From: Octopus vulgaris
Taxonomy: Eukaryota
Direction of reading: 5' to 3'
DNA: 64,000 nucleotides
Assembly (NCBI GenBank): GCA_951406725.2
Contig: OX597815.1
Location: 173,724,001 to 173,788,000 of the forward strand
Of this stretch, positions 11,100 to 24,979 are shown piece by piece. Numbering within the stretch: the stretch's first letter is position 1; the number at the start of each line of letters is the position of its first letter. The translations under genes were made by a program, and so were the position numbers. The notes beneath the pieces were generated by a model. That model did not search any database and was not told the DNA's origin. It saw only the letters and a program-made list of their open reading frames with translations.

Positions 11100-11685
11100 A
11101 TATCTGCACAAAAATATGGTTTTACATTCACATTTTCTTGTATCCTGTCTCTGTCTGAATGTTATCCCTATGGTTTTTCATTTCCTTACCCGTCCTTCAT
11201 ATTTTTCCCAAACTCTGACAATTACCTGGTTGATATAAAATATATTCTCATACCTTCCAAGTACATAATGCACTAGCTGTACTATGTGCCCCAAATAAAA
11301 TTTCCACTCATTAATACACACTCGCCTTCAATGTTTGTTCACTTCTGTTCCATATTGTTCAATCAATGCATACTAAACATCACTCTCCCTGAGCTTACAC
11401 AGCAAAGAAACTAACTATGCCTCTAATCTTTTCACCTTTTTCTTTCATCCTAGACTCTTGCGACTCCTGACAAGAAATCCCTGTATATTGTCATTCCCCA
11501 TAACAACAAACTCTTAGCACTTACAGATTACTCTGACTTCTGCTGCTGACTGAAACCTAGCAGCAGCATCTTTCTGTGGTTAGATGAACTCAAATTTGCC
11601 CTTGGCTGTTCACCTTATGCAATAAATGACAACAATTGTCTATTCAAAATAGCCATGAGTACAAAGATGGGCCCTGGGTATGCAG
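11100..11685 (+). mobile_element. Degenerate Penelope-like RT remnant
   Basis: D.KSLYIVIPH (about 11469) and IAMSTKMGPGYA (about 11649) match PLE RT motifs DVxSLYTxIP and GxAMGTxMxPxYA. Confidence 0.6.
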
Positions 11686-11689
11686 AGAG

Positions 11690-13000
11690 TGGGGCACAAT
11701 ATCAAACCCTGGGTCACACGAGAGTTGCTAGAGCGTGGAATAGAGAAACGAATATGATGGGGAAACTACCAATCCAAGAGTTGAGAGGCAGATGAAGTTC
11801 ATAAGATCTGCATACTAGACTAGGTCGATAGCTTTGTTGGTGTTGAGGGTAACAGTATTGCTTTCACCAAATTTCTCCAGAGCAAGTTCCTTTGGTGAGT
11901 AACAGAGAATAGGTTTTTCAGTCGATCTGACTTTACAGAAGCCATACTAAGTCATTAAAGAGAGAGATTCAAGGTGTTGGAAAATGCTTTCGTCGAAGGT
12001 TGTCTTCATTGCCTTTAAATATTGGAAGTAAGTATGATAGACAATAGCCGACATAAGAAAAGGTGCTTTTCTTTAAAAAGAGAGGTACTATAGTGTGCTT
12101 CTAGAGATCAGAGCATATCCTGGTAGAAGAGAGACAGACTGAAGAATATGATGAACATACATGTTCCAAGGTGCATTATTTTAGTTATGGAAGAAGTGTT
12201 ACCATGGCTGATGGCCTTGCTGTAACCGGAGGTACTTTACACTAGGCATATATGTATGCAAGATGGTGAGACTCATGAAGTGGAAGGAGATAGATTTGAG
12301 GAAGATTTTAACAAGTGTAAGTAGAGTGGAGTTGGATGCAAAGCAGATGGTAAAGGTGAAGGCTTTCACTGCAACTTTATTACTCACAAATAAATCATGG
12401 TTGGAGGAAAAGACGCTCTTACAATGTTGGCAAGAAGCTAAGCAGAACTGCTGCAGTTTAAAATAAGGGTGAGCTTGAGGACTCTATGATGCTAGGAGGA
12501 ATCATTCATGGCTCAAATTGAGAAATGCAAAAGATTTAGTTTCTACATTAGTGGCATCAGTGTGCAATAAAAGTAAGAGCCAATAGGAGTTGTAAATATT
12601 GAGAACAATGACTTTGGAAAGGGTTGAAGTGAGGTATATATATCCTCAGTGCAGGAGGAGTTATGGTTGAAATGGTGGCAGTAGTTTAGCGTTCTAAAGA
12701 GTAGCAGCAGAAGAGAATATATTTGGGGGAATGAAAAAGGAAAACTTTAAGGCAGAATAAATGGAAGTCATTATTGCAGGTATCCAGGTGAGAAAGATGA
12801 GTAACAGGGAGAGCAGCGTCTACATAAGTAGAGACACCACATTGCAAAGTGAAATTTCAATAAAGAATGTAGCATATAAATTATGAATAGAAGGTTAAAA
12901 AGTTTGTACTTCAGAGAGATTTCTGTGTTAGTAAAAGATGATGGGTAAGATCAAAGATAAAATGAAGTTCATAGATGTTGGAGATTGGAACATTGGTGTT
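11690..13000 (-). mobile_element. Degenerate LINE remnant (CR1/L2/Jockey group)
   Basis: Minus strand near 12020-12100 reads KHTIVPLFK followed by a decayed YRPISLTS-like motif; multiple stops and frameshifts. Confidence 0.5.
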
Positions 13001-13121
13001 CTAATTTTGACACCTTGAACTTTAAAGGTGCATTGAGAAACCTGGTCTGAAAGCTTGCAACACAGCAATCTGTCAAATACACCCGGAGGCTAGCTGGTGA
13101 TGGTAAACTAAGCAGCATGTA

Positions 13122-13338
13122 GGCGGTGAGCTGATAGAATCCTTAGCACGCTGGGCGAAATACTTAGCAGTATTTCGTCTGCGGTTACGTTCTGAGTTCA
13201 AATTCCTCCGAGGTCGACTTTGCCTTTCATCCTTTTGGGGTCGATTAAATAAGTACCAGTTACGCACTGGGGAAGATATAATCCACTTAATCCGTTTGTC
13301 CCCTCTGTGTTTAGCCCCTAGTGGGTAGTAAAGAAAGA
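13122..13338 (+). mobile_element. tRNA-derived SINE (family A), full length with 17-bp TSD
   Basis: Same family as 1302-1532; TSD gtaaactaagcagcatg at 13103-13119 and 13339-13355. Confidence 0.9.
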
Positions 13339-15142
13339 GTAAACTAAGCAGCATGATGTACCTACTACCCTTAAAAAGGAGGGAAGTATGGGCTCTAAGC
13401 CATTTAAAACAGAACTACTTAAGAAGAAAGGTGAGCAATAGACCAAAAGGCAAAAAGGTGTGTGTGGTCCCATTGCTTTCTACAATAGTGTCCATTTCAC
13501 CCAGACAGCAATCCACTAGTAGTGTATGGAGAACAGGGAGAGGGGTAGACAGAGGAAGACAAAGATTTTGTTAGTAGTTAGTGGCTGACACTACAAGCAA
13601 GATCACTGGTCTATAAATAGATTCAGTAGAAGTTCAAAGAAAGATAAAGTTTTAATGACATGGTTGTTCAATGTCACTCTTCTGCAGAGTTCATTTACTT
13701 TTGTTTTCCCATTACTTACTTTAAGTAGTCAATAGAACAACATGGTTGCATGTTAAGAATCCAACTGAAAGTGTTTCATTTATTCTATCTAATATTTGAA
13801 ATTAGTCTAGTAACAAAATCATACTGACAATAGTTATTTGAATTACTTAAAATAACAAAACTTGTTTGTATAGATATAAGATATAGTCAAAGTAGTTTCT
13901 GCATTCTTTTATAAAATCTTATTACAAAGAAAATCTATTTTTAGATATTTCATTTAGATCTAAATTTATGAGTCTGATTGAAGAAATGTTTTCTTTCAGT
14001 TTTGATGTAAAGATTATTTTTAAACAATAAGGTACTTTAATTAAAGGATCCAGTTGGTTTGACTTACAGCATTTCAAATATTAAAGTTTATTGAATGGAA
14101 TATTAATATACTTTCCAAGCTGAATTGCTGGAGCATTTTAACTTTTTTCAGAAATATGTTTTTAAAAAGTTATGGAGATTTAAAGTTTGATCATTTTTAC
14201 CCTGTCAGGAATCAGGATTTGGAAGCTGTCATTTTGTGCATGACTGTACATGTTGTCAACATTCTGAAAATAGCACGTGTTTTTATATGAAATTGTAAAC
14301 AGATCAAATTCTGTTTAACGCATGACATATAACCGCGCATAACTTTTTTAAAACTTTCAGAAAAGTTTTGTGAATTTGTACTCTACACACGGGGATTCAT
14401 ATGATTATACAAATAAAATTTCAATTGGTGGGGAAGGGTGTGTGTAATTTAAGGCATATTCAGCTGTTATTTTTAGCACATGTCATAACCAGGGTACAAG
14501 CAACAGATCACAGTGTCAAAGCACATGGCATTATGTAGAATATATTTGTCAACACATGCTTTCTTGCTGACAAAAGAGTTCTCATGTTTGACTTGTTACT
14601 ATGGAAAAAGGCATGAATGTGTCTGTGACTTATGATTAGCTAAAATTACCCAAAAATCTCAAACTTTAATTGCTACTCACTCTTTATTTATTGATTTATA
14701 GCGAAAATGATTTTCACATCATTCATTAGCCCATTCACTACACTGAATATGAAATCAATTTAAACAGAAAATGATGCTGGCAGCCAAACCAACACAATCC
14801 TAATTAAATATCTCAGGTGTTGTAACTAAGATTATAATTTTACAAATTATTAACAATAAAAGATTTTTCAATAAGAACATACATACATTTCAACGAGCAG
14901 TCATTTAATGGTGATCATAGATAAAAGCAATCAAAATTTAGTGTGAATGAGAAAACTGAAAATTATTTCATTCTCAAGTTGAGGTTAATTGTCAAAATAA
15001 TTATAATCTTAAGAGATTATTTATTAAGTGTAATGCATCCTAAACAAAACATGATAATAATACACAAAATACACTACAATATTGAAATCATTTAAAAATA
15101 AATGAAGATAAAACTGAAACTGTAATAATTAAACTTCCATAC

Positions 15143-15381
15143 CTTCAAATTTTTTACTTGTTCAGAAACTTCAGCTGGATCTTTCAGAGTAGCTTTACGC
15201 ATTTTTACAAGTTTTTCTTCTTGACAATCAAGCCAGTTACAAAATGCTTTTAATCCATCAGAATAAAACTGCCATTTTAATAAGACATCTTGTAGTAATA
15301 ACCGTCTCTGTTCAGTTAATCTACACACATCATCCCAACGTTTGACAAGTTTTTCAAGTTGATGTCCAAGAGCTTCACAAG
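15143..15381 (-). CDS. DMD: Dystrophin exon, spectrin repeats 2-3 (CEALGHQLEKLVKRWDDVCRLTEQR...EQVKNLK)
   Basis: 239 bp, tttatag/gtatgg, phase 1-0; RW..IC..TE.R..LLQD.LLKWQ motif. Confidence 0.95.
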
Positions 15382-15626
15382 CTATAAAGTCACAGAAGAA
15401 AACACTTTTCATTATATTACCTTTATGTAATTTTTTTAAACTTTCAACAATGAAGAATGAAACTTAAACAGTTAGTCAAAGATCAAATCAATCCCTTTAT
15501 ACTTAAGGAATTCTGTCCAAGAAAAACACAAGACCTAAATCAAAATACCAACCTTTGCTAACAGCTTCAAAGTTTCTAATTTAAGAAACTTAAAAAAAAA
15601 CGTTTCAGAATACATAATTCACCTAC

Positions 15627-15717
15627 CTGTTTCAGAACTGGAATCATCCACAACAACAACCATATTATGAAGGGAATCAACTAGTTTCTGCTTTTGTTCA
15701 ACAGAATGTTGCACTTT
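15627..15717 (-). CDS. DMD: Dystrophin exon, spectrin repeat 2 (KVQHSVEQKQKLVDSLHNMVVVVDDSSSET)
   Basis: 91 bp, ttgcag/gtaggt, phase 0-1; hallmark SL.HMVVVVDESS motif. Confidence 0.95.
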
Positions 15718-16699
15718 CTGCAATACAAGATTTCAAAAATCAATAGAATTCAGCATAAATGATGTATTGTATTAAAATTCCATAATCAAAAACACATTCT
15801 ACCATTTGAAATCAAGCTCTTTCTTCTCCCCACCTCCCAATCTTCAACTGAACACTAACAGAAATCCGGTCAACACTGAGAATTTATAAAATGAAATCTG
15901 TATACACTACTCCTTTCTTTTAATGGTTTCACTCAAGTGTTTAGTCAATCATCTTGTCCTCAGTACATCATCATCATCATCCTCTATCTGTTTTCTATGC
16001 TGGCATAGGCTAGACAGGTTGCTGCTGCATCCCTCGATGGATTGGAGCACATCTCCCTCATAAATTTTGATTTTGGTGTGATTTCTACAGCTACAATGCT
16101 CTTCTTATTAGCAACCACTTGACAAAATATACTGGGTACATTTTTTGTGGCACCAATGTTAGGGAGGTTGCCGTGTTTACAATAAGACTAAAGAGACTTC
16201 TTGCCCTCACACTAAAACAGAGTGCACTGAGTGCATTTTATCATGGTACCAGCAGGAGAGGGGATAGAAGTGAGAGCATAACTGATACCAAAAGGGATGT
16301 AGCTAGGTGGGACAAGCAGGGCACATGCTCTAGGTGCTATTTTGAGGTGGGGAAGGGGGCAATTTTGGCCAAGATCATTTTCTAATTTAGCCATTAAAAA
16401 AAAATTAAAAACCTTTTCAGACATGGTTTGTTTTGCTTATCACCATGCAATTTTTTAAAACCAGTTATCCATTTTTCTATGCAAGTTTCCACTTTTTGGT
16501 GGTGGTGGTGATAGGAGTGCAATTCTGATGCTTGCCCTGAGTGCCATTTACCCTAGCTACAGCCATGGATACCAATGATGAGTGAATGACCGATGTCAAT
16601 ACCCAACAGCCATGTTTAATCACACAGGCAGCATAGAATAGTGCCACTGTAGAGAGAGAGAGAGAGAGAGGGAAGACAGACAGATAGAGATAGTGTAAC

Positions 16700-17800
16700 A
16701 ATGAAATATCATCTTAGTAACAAGAGTGTGATCTCTGATACATTTGCTCAAGCATACACTGGCCCAGTTTTTATTACTTCCATGCTTGCTAACATCAACA
16801 ATAGTTTGTCATCTACAAAGGATTTGAGGAAGACGTTCACTTTTTGTGGGATCTAGGCTCAACCAAATTTTCAGTTCTATTGCTTTCTTTAAGGTACACT
16901 TATCAAAATACAAAGCTTCTGGAACAGCTTATTATGAACGTCAAGGCACCTTTGCTTAGTGTTTTATATAATACATGTTTACTTAGGATAGTTTCTTTGT
17001 TGTTTTATCATGCCTCAATATTTATATTAGGACATGGTGATCAGATGTCTGGATCTCTTGTTCAACTTTTGAGGGCTGCCAAAATATATATACTCTGATC
17101 AAGGCACTTCTTTCATGTCTAAGGATTTAAAATATTATCTCTCCCAGAGTTGACTTGCATCAATTCATACTAATTTGTATTACTCTATTAAGAACAAACA
17201 AGCAGAAAGATTCAAAGGTACCATATGAAGGTACCTTTAGAAAAGTGTTGGGAATTGGTGCTTTTTTTGGGTACTCTTCTCCCTAAGATTACTGTTGTTT
17301 ACAGCATCAATTGCTACATCCCATGAATGTTTCTTTGCTTTTCAATGCAGCTCTTCCTATGGAAATTCACTGCTCTCCTAGCTAAATACTCCTAAGGAAA
17401 TTTATGAGCAATAAGGACAAACCATTAGTAAATCAAGTTGAACTTCTTGATAGTAATATAACTTATGCAAACATCAAGTCTCTAGATGGACAGGTATCTA
17501 GTGTTTCTGTTCATGACTTGCTACTTTATCCTGAAGACCAGACAATCCCTACCTCTCCTATTGTAGAACAAAATATAAGAACCCTGACAGTGCTAGGCAC
17601 CAAATGATAAAGAAGATATGATATGGAGGAGGATGAGACAACAGCTCCATGGGAATTAAGGAGATCCAGTCTTATATTCAAACCTTTCAATCAATATGGG
17701 TGAAAGTATTCCCATAAAACTGTATGATACTGGTAAAAGATATTCTGAAAGGGAAGAATGTAATAATACTATTATTTAATGTGCATATGTGTTTCCATAC
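16700..17800 (+). mobile_element. Degenerate LTR (Gypsy-like) retrotransposon remnant, integrase end, PPT and LTR start
   Basis: ATSHECFF resembling the integrase xTPHExFF motif near 17315; purine tract gaaagggaagaa immediately followed by TGTAAT at about 17759. Confidence 0.45.
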
Positions 17801-18749
17801 TTACAACCAGAACTGAATATTACAAGTGGCCATAGTAATAACATATACAACAATATGATATTCTGAACTATAACTAAACAACTGAGTTGACTAAAGCTTG
17901 AAAAGCAGCCACCAAGTTTTTTTGTCATCACTACTAGTGTCAAGACAATGTTTACCATTAAGATATAAATAATTGTCTAATTTAGAAAGGTTATATCAAT
18001 CTGAAACTCTATCCCAAGATTCACCATATCTTAATTAACAACACTTGAATAAAACTAAATAGAAAAAAAATTGCAGCATTTCAACTGTAAATACAGAACA
18101 TCTTCATGTTTATAAATTAGTAACTTTTATCTGTTTATCTGATTAGTAGTCCTATTGAAGAAAGAAAAAAAATGGCAAATGACCATATCAAATTCTGAAT
18201 GGGTGGGTGGAAATCTTTTATCGTGAAAATAATAATAAATAGATAACAATAAAAATTATAAATGCAATGACAGTAAGTTCAAAGTCATTTTGAACTAAGT
18301 GTTAATTTATGCAAGCAGAGAAGGCAGATCATGTTAACTGCTTTTGGTATTTGTGTCTGCAAAGAAATGTCAGAGAAAATAAGTGACCTACAGTTGTTAA
18401 CAATGAACAGATGAAATATCAGCTAACAGTTTATATAGTAAGCAAGAGACCTTTATGCCAAATTTAGAAAAATAATTCTTTTCAGATATATTTGCAAAGT
18501 GTTTAGCCACTTAAATCTGACATGATTTTTATCATTTACAAAATGTATTTTCCAATTTAATGGAAAATCAGAAACAAATTGGAGGATAGCAGAGGGAGAC
18601 AGATGCCAAACTTTATCTTCTAGAGGAATCAGAAATTATTTTTATGACACTTATGAAACCTTTCTACTAAGAGAATATCTCTACCTAGTAATCACCCCTT
18701 GCTCGAATAAGAAGTTATAGTAATATCAAATTTGAGGTAAGAAACAGAG

Positions 18750-19380
18750 TTTATCAAAGACAAGAAAGGAAAATGAAATGCTGGGATGTGTAGCAAGAAC
18801 AAAATGAAAAAGTGTGAGAGTAAGAGAAAAAGAGAAACAGTGAAGTTGTAAAACAATGAAAAGGCAAAGGAAAAAACAATGGAGAGGTGAGGTTACAGGA
18901 ATAATAAAGATTGAAACTATTTGAGGCAAAGAAGGAGAAAGTGGTAGGGAGAAGGAAGCTGATATAGGACAAAGAAGTTAGGTTAATAGATAATAGGAGG
19001 GAATAGGGTTGATGAGAGGGAAGGTTACAAGTGCACATGACAAAGTTAGAAACTTTGCAAGATTCTGGGAAAGGGGGAAAAAAGCAGTTACAAGAGGATA
19101 AGAGATAGCACAGAGACAGACAAAAACAAAAAAAAAGAGAGAGAAAAGATAGGAAAAGAAAAAGTAATTGAAATTATGAGAGAACAGGATGAGATGCCAT
19201 AGAACAGTGGAAGAAAAAAAGAAAAGGAAAACTAATAAGATATAAGAGAATGGATAGTTAGGAGATGATATGATAGAAGAATCTGCAATTAGAGGAAATG
19301 CTAATTATAAATAAAATGGGCCTACAATATAGAGGGCAGGCAGATAGAGAAAATTAACAGGAAAGAAAAAAAGATTTAGA
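18750..19380. repeat. GA-rich low-complexity tract (pyrimidine-rich on the transcribed strand)
   Basis: Strong purine skew on the + strand with no periodic unit. Confidence 0.6.
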
Positions 19381-20399
19381 TATATTTTCTACACCTAAGT
19401 AGTTGGGGATTCATTTTATTAATGTGGAAGTCATTAATATAAAATAAATGCCTACTAAATCAAAGCAACATTTAACAAAATATGACAATTTAGCAATTTG
19501 GAAACAGGAAAATAAAACATAAAACAAAGTTATGAACAAGCTTATTCATCAGTTAAACATACTTATATCATAATACAGCAGATGCAAAATTCAATATATC
19601 TCGGATCTTAAAATATCTACTCCATCAAATAAATGAATTCAATATGTACAGCAAAAGATTTTAATAGTGAGATCATAATGTTGATACAGATTAGTAGTTA
19701 CCAATAAATATAAATATTCAAGAAAATGTTTCTAAAATTCATACATTTGCTTTACAGGCATTTGGATTTAGGTTCAGTCCCACTGCAAGATACCTTGTCC
19801 AAGTGTCTTTAATATCACCAAGCCAAGCAAAGTGGAATTGGTAGGTGGAAACTGAAAGTAACTCATGTGTGCATGGAAGAGTGTGTGTGTGTGTGTATGT
19901 AATATGTATATGTTTATGTCTCCTTGTCTTGACATAGTGCAGTAGTTGTAAATGAGTAGCACTGTCATACAATTCGTGTAATTTGTTTGCAATCTTCTAT
20001 GAAGTCTTGTTCAGTTGTGTTGTTCATGACTGAAGAATTATGGAAAATATAACCTTACTTGGAAATAAGTTAGGGTTAGCAACATGAAGAGCAATCAGCC
20101 TTAGAAAATCTGCTGCAATGAATTTTATCTGACCCAAAATAAAACAATGAAGATTATTTCAGACACAGATTGAAATCCTTCAGTGAACCATTCTAACTTT
20201 ATATTAATACATTCATAATAATTATTAAGGATTATTAAAGAACTGAAGCTGAAGCAAGCTTTATGGATGAAGTTATTACTTTGTTTTTTTTTTAAATGAT
20301 AAAAATGACAATTCAAAATTAACTGCACACCATTAGAGAAATCAAGATTAAAGGCTAAGAGCAAAGAATATATGAAATAGCTGGAAGAGAAGCTAGATA

Positions 20400-21030
20400 T
20401 TAGGTACACTTAGCAAGGAGAAAAACTGAAAGAGATTTGCACATATTCTGTAATGTGAGGACCAGATATGTAAGAAGTATGAGAGTACTAGAGAAAACTG
20501 ACACATTGTTAGGGAGAAGTGCCACTAAAGTTGACAGCTTTGCAGTCAAAAATACAATTAGGGATAAAAAGGTAGCTAGACCATCAAGAATATTTACTGT
20601 GAGGTTGAAAATTTGGTGAAGTCACAGGTTAGTCACCTATATAATCAATGAGAGAACCCAGGAAGGCACCACATGCAATGACTGGAATAGCAATATCATT
20701 ATCAACTGCTACAGGAGTAAAGAAGATGCAATTCAGGTTTGTCAGAATAAGGTATCATCAGTATGCTCTTCCTAAGGAGAATAACTACAGAAGTACAGAG
20801 CTATGTATAAACAAGTCTCCCTAGCATTTGTTGATCTGAAGAAGGCTTTAACAAAGTTTCACATTGTAATCTAGGTATTTCTAAAAAACAAAAAAAAAAC
20901 AAAAACAAAACAAAGATAGCTGAATGACTTGTGAGAACCATGCAAACCACATTCAGAAACGTGATCAGCAAGGTGAGAGTTAGCAAAATGTTCAGCATAA
21001 AGATTGGTGCCTATCAAGCCTCAGTTCTCA
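20400..21030 (+). mobile_element. Degenerate RTE-clade LINE RT remnant
   Basis: DWNSNIIINCY..KEDA, AFVDLKKA and GAYQASVL (GVHQGSVL-like) motifs in order. Confidence 0.6.
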
Positions 21031-21559
21031 AACAAATTCCTATATGCCTACCAAGCCAGTATAGAAAAATGAAAGTATGATGGTGCTGGAGTAAAAAAAC
21101 TAGCTGTCACTACCATAATGTAACACACACATATCCAGGTATCCAGTTTTAGGATGATACAACAATGTTGATAAACTTTCTTATATATTGGGGAGGAGTA
21201 TAATCTATTGAATTGTTCTCTATACATGCCTGATACTTTTTTTTTATCAAAGCTGATTGGTAAACTATGGGATTAAATTGAAGATATAATTGATTATTGA
21301 CAACATTATTACATTTGCAAGGCTACTAACTTATAAATATTTTGAATTATATATATATGGAGAGAAAGAGAGAGAGAGAAAGAGAGAGAAAATCCACAGC
21401 TCAGTGAAGAAGTTACACTACCACATTTGTTGGGACTGTGGGTTCAAGTCCAGCCATATGCATTTTCTCTGATATGAAAGTAAGGATGCATAACAGCATA
21501 TTTGTTAAAACTTTACCAACAAAATCATGCTGTAGTAGAGTAACGTTATATTCAGATCA

Positions 21560-21974
21560 TGTTTTTGATTTCATTCCCCAACTGGCTTCCGTGCTGGTGG
21601 CACGTAAAAAGCACCATCCAATTGTGGCCGTTGCCAGCCTCGCCTGGCTTCCGTGCCAGTGGCACGTAAAAAGCACCATCCGATAGTGGCCGTTTGCCAG
21701 CCTCGACGGGCCTCTGTGCCGGTGGCACGTAAAAAGCACCATCCAACCGTGGCCGTTTGCCAGCCTCGTCTGGCACCTGTGCTGGTGGCACGTAAAAAGC
21801 ACCCACTACACTCATGGAGTAGTTGGCGTTAGGAAGGGCATCCAGCCGTAGAAACATTGCCAGATCAGACTGGGCCTGGTGCTGCCTTCTGGCTTCCCAG
21901 ACCCCAGTTGCACCGTCCAACCCATGCCAGCAATGAAAGTGGACGCTAAATGATGATGATGATGACGATGATGA
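21560..21974 (+). mobile_element. RTE-LINE 3' end with four copies of a 62-63 bp internal repeat and (ATG)n tail
   Basis: GTGCCGGTGGCACGTAAAAAGCACC-type motif x4, then GGCGTTAGGAAGGGCATCC and AAATGATGATGATG. Confidence 0.85.
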
Positions 21975-22616
21975 TTCCATAGTGAAGATTTTACTGACAC
22001 ATAAAAATAGTAGGATAACAACTCACAAGGTATAAAAGCTGGCCAATGAATAACAAAAGAATATAGTTTTCAAAGATATTTCCTTATAACACTGCATCTT
22101 TGTTACAACCTATGTCTCAGTAATCAAATGTTTCAGCAAAGAAATAATTTTAAAAGAAACTATATATCATGCCTCTCTAAAAATTTCTAACGCTATAGTT
22201 CTCAAAATAGCTGTAAAATTTCTCCAGATTCTGCTAGAGATGATGGCGGTTTCTTCATATTTGAAAATCCTGAGGAAGAGTGGCTTTGTAAACTGATCTG
22301 TGATAATGCAGGGCTTTTCTTCCTGCTTGCCCTTAGTAGTTTTAAAGTGAGAGTCAGTCTGCACAATTTCATCAAACTCTTTAGACTTGGCAATCTGACC
22401 ATAGTGGCTCAGCAGTCTAAGACAGCCACAATGACTAGCAAGCTGTAGGTTTTACACTGGCAAGGTCTTCTAGGTAAATTGTCTTAAAGGACTGCAGAGC
22501 TCCACCTACACTGGAGTAGCCAGAAGGATGTTAAAGATGGCACTGCACCACTTATGAGTTTCCACTTTGATTTACTGTCAAGGTTGACTCCCCAAGGCTT
22601 TTCCTTTCCCAAGGTA

Positions 22617-22950
22617 CTGGCTCAGTGGTTAGAGTGACAGGCTGACACTCATGAGGTAGTGAGTTTGATTCCTGGACCAGGCTGTGTGTTGTGTTTTGAA
22701 GCAAAACACTTTATCTCATGTTGCTCTAGTTCACTCAGCTGTAGAGATGAGTTGCGATGTCACTGGTGCCAAGCTGTATCTGCCTCTGCCTTTCCCGTGG
22801 ATAACACCAGTGGCATGCAGATGGGAGGCTGTCATACATGGGTGACTGCTGGTCTTCCATAAACAACCTTACCTGGACTTGTTCCTTGGAGGGGAACATT
22901 CTAAGTGCAATACCATGGTCAGTCATAACTGAAAGAGTCTTTACCCTTAC
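22617..22950 (+). mobile_element. Diverged tRNA-derived SINE
   Basis: TGGCTCAGTGGTTAGAG A-box, GAGTTTGATTCC B-box, GCAAAACACTTTATCTC core. Confidence 0.6.
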
Positions 22951-23578
22951 AAGGCAGTAACAATTTGTACTTCAAATTTCTTCCAACATGCTAATTAACC
23001 CATAGCTGAGACCCTGACAGGTGCCATTAGTCTGGATCAGAGCAGACCTGGGAACAACAGTGGTTCTACACTCATCAAAATCCTGGAACTCCTGAACCAG
23101 GGCCCCACTACCAGATGTAGTTTGAAGTCATACCCAGGACAAAGTACTGCTAGTATTAAACTGATAAAGAAGGTTTACAACAAGTTTTTAATATAAGTTT
23201 GATCTTAAAAAGGCATTTGTTTCATTTACATAATGAAAAGATTAGATTGTTCAAATACGAGTCACAACACACAATAAGACTTTACTTCATCAATCATGAA
23301 TAATTTTTTAGAGCAAATTAGCCTTCCCATCAATGTACCTGTGTATACTTTAGTTGACACCCACTCATTCATTGTGCATGCTTCTATTCCAGTAGACTGA
23401 CACACTTTAAATCTTTTTCATATATGCATTTCAACTTCCTTAATTCTCAAGTAAATTTACTGAGAGTAACTACTTACTAATTATAGGTTTCTAGGGCAAG
23501 CATAGTTATTTCAAAAAGCTAATAGTAAAGTAAATACAGTACATACATAATATAGCAGTATATATTAAATATTTTTAC

Positions 23579-23723
23579 CTTATGTTGCTCAACTTGATTT
23601 TTAATACTTTCCAAATCACATCCAACTAATTGCTGGCTTAGTGTTGACTCTTCCATTTCAGAAAGCCAGTTATCAAGTTCTTCTAACTGTTGATGCTGCA
23701 ATTCCATTAATACTTGTTGTAAT
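23579..23723 (-). CDS. DMD: Dystrophin exon, spectrin repeat 2 (LQQVLMELQHQQLEELDNWL...KNQVEQHK); equivalent of human exon 12
   Basis: 145 bp, tttcag/gtaaaa, phase 2-0. Confidence 0.94.
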
Positions 23724-24979
23724 CTGAAATTAATAAAGTAGTTACAATTAATTCCAGTAAAACAGTATTGTTATACAGTAAGAAAATAATCATAAAATAA
23801 GCCAAGCTTATTTGAATAATATTTAAGAAATGCATTTTATAATCTTTATCAGTAATATAATTCATATTTACATATTTGTTTTTGCCTCTTAATGTTCTGT
23901 CATGTCTAAAAATTGCTTTATGTTATACCACAAGAAAAATATTTCTAAGACAATGATACAACATAAAACACCAATTACCCCCATGCCTTTGCAGAGTAAA
24001 GTGCTCCCTCCACTATTACTATGGAAAAATAAAGTAAAAATATTTAACAGTACCAAGCGTTTGGGTGAGATATGGAATTCAGAATATGATCCATGAATAA
24101 CAGTTGAAAATTTAAGACAGATTTTGTCATTATAGATAAGTGTTATTCTAATATTTAAGTGAAATCATTCACGCAAGTATGTAAACAAAGGTGAAAGACA
24201 GGTTAGGTTGAGACTTATGCTAAAAAAATCATGTTGTAGTAACACTTAAACTAAAGGACAAATTTATATTTGGCAATTACATATAGAAATCAAATACTGA
24301 CATACATATAAGCATGCTTATCTACATATAATATCTATTTGTATAAATATCATTATACATAAACAGATACATACCTATATCAGTGCTTATGTATATGAGC
24401 AATGACTATGTAACAGTCATTTTTTAATGTAAAATCCATATTCATTTCATTGTAACCTTGATGAATAACTTAATACAAGAACTTGCATGAATTCACCTAT
24501 ATATAGATACAGATGATTTTGTGGGAAAATTTCTGTCTGGATTCCCAGATTCCCTTCCGCTTAATGTATGTGTGTGTGCATGCATGTAATTTTTTTGTGG
24601 GAAAGGCATGTGCATACACACACACACACATTGCTCATATTCATGTTTTTCAGATTGTTAAATGATCTATTTAATCTGTATGTTGTTGAAACGGCTGTAA
24701 CCAAGGAGTAAATGTGATAACAATTCACACATAGCAAGAACACACTATTATAATGACAGCATATGATATCAACATTAGTTTTAGTATATGATGAACTTAC
24801 TCATTTTAACACTGTAGAATGCATTATTTTGAAAGAAATTCAGCCAATTATTTCTAGTTTACTCTTTTACTTGTTCCACTCATGTAACTGTGGCCAGGCT
24901 GGAGTACTGCCTTTAGTCGAGCAAATCGACCCCAGGACTTAGTCTTTGTAAGCCTAGTACTTATTTTATCGGTCTCTTT

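Noticed and set aside
10740-11276. 178-aa ORF as a nested gene
   Set aside because: No recognisable domain; overlaps decayed retroelement-like sequence.
17214-17238. 9-bp inverted repeat aaaggtacc/ggtaccttt
   Set aside because: Short, inside a decayed LTR-element remnant, and plausible by chance in 64 kb.
21590-21803. CRISPR-like repeat-spacer pattern (also at 60580-61130)
   Set aside because: The spacers are homologous to each other, the array is part of an RTE 3' UTR, the context is a eukaryotic intron and there are no cas genes.
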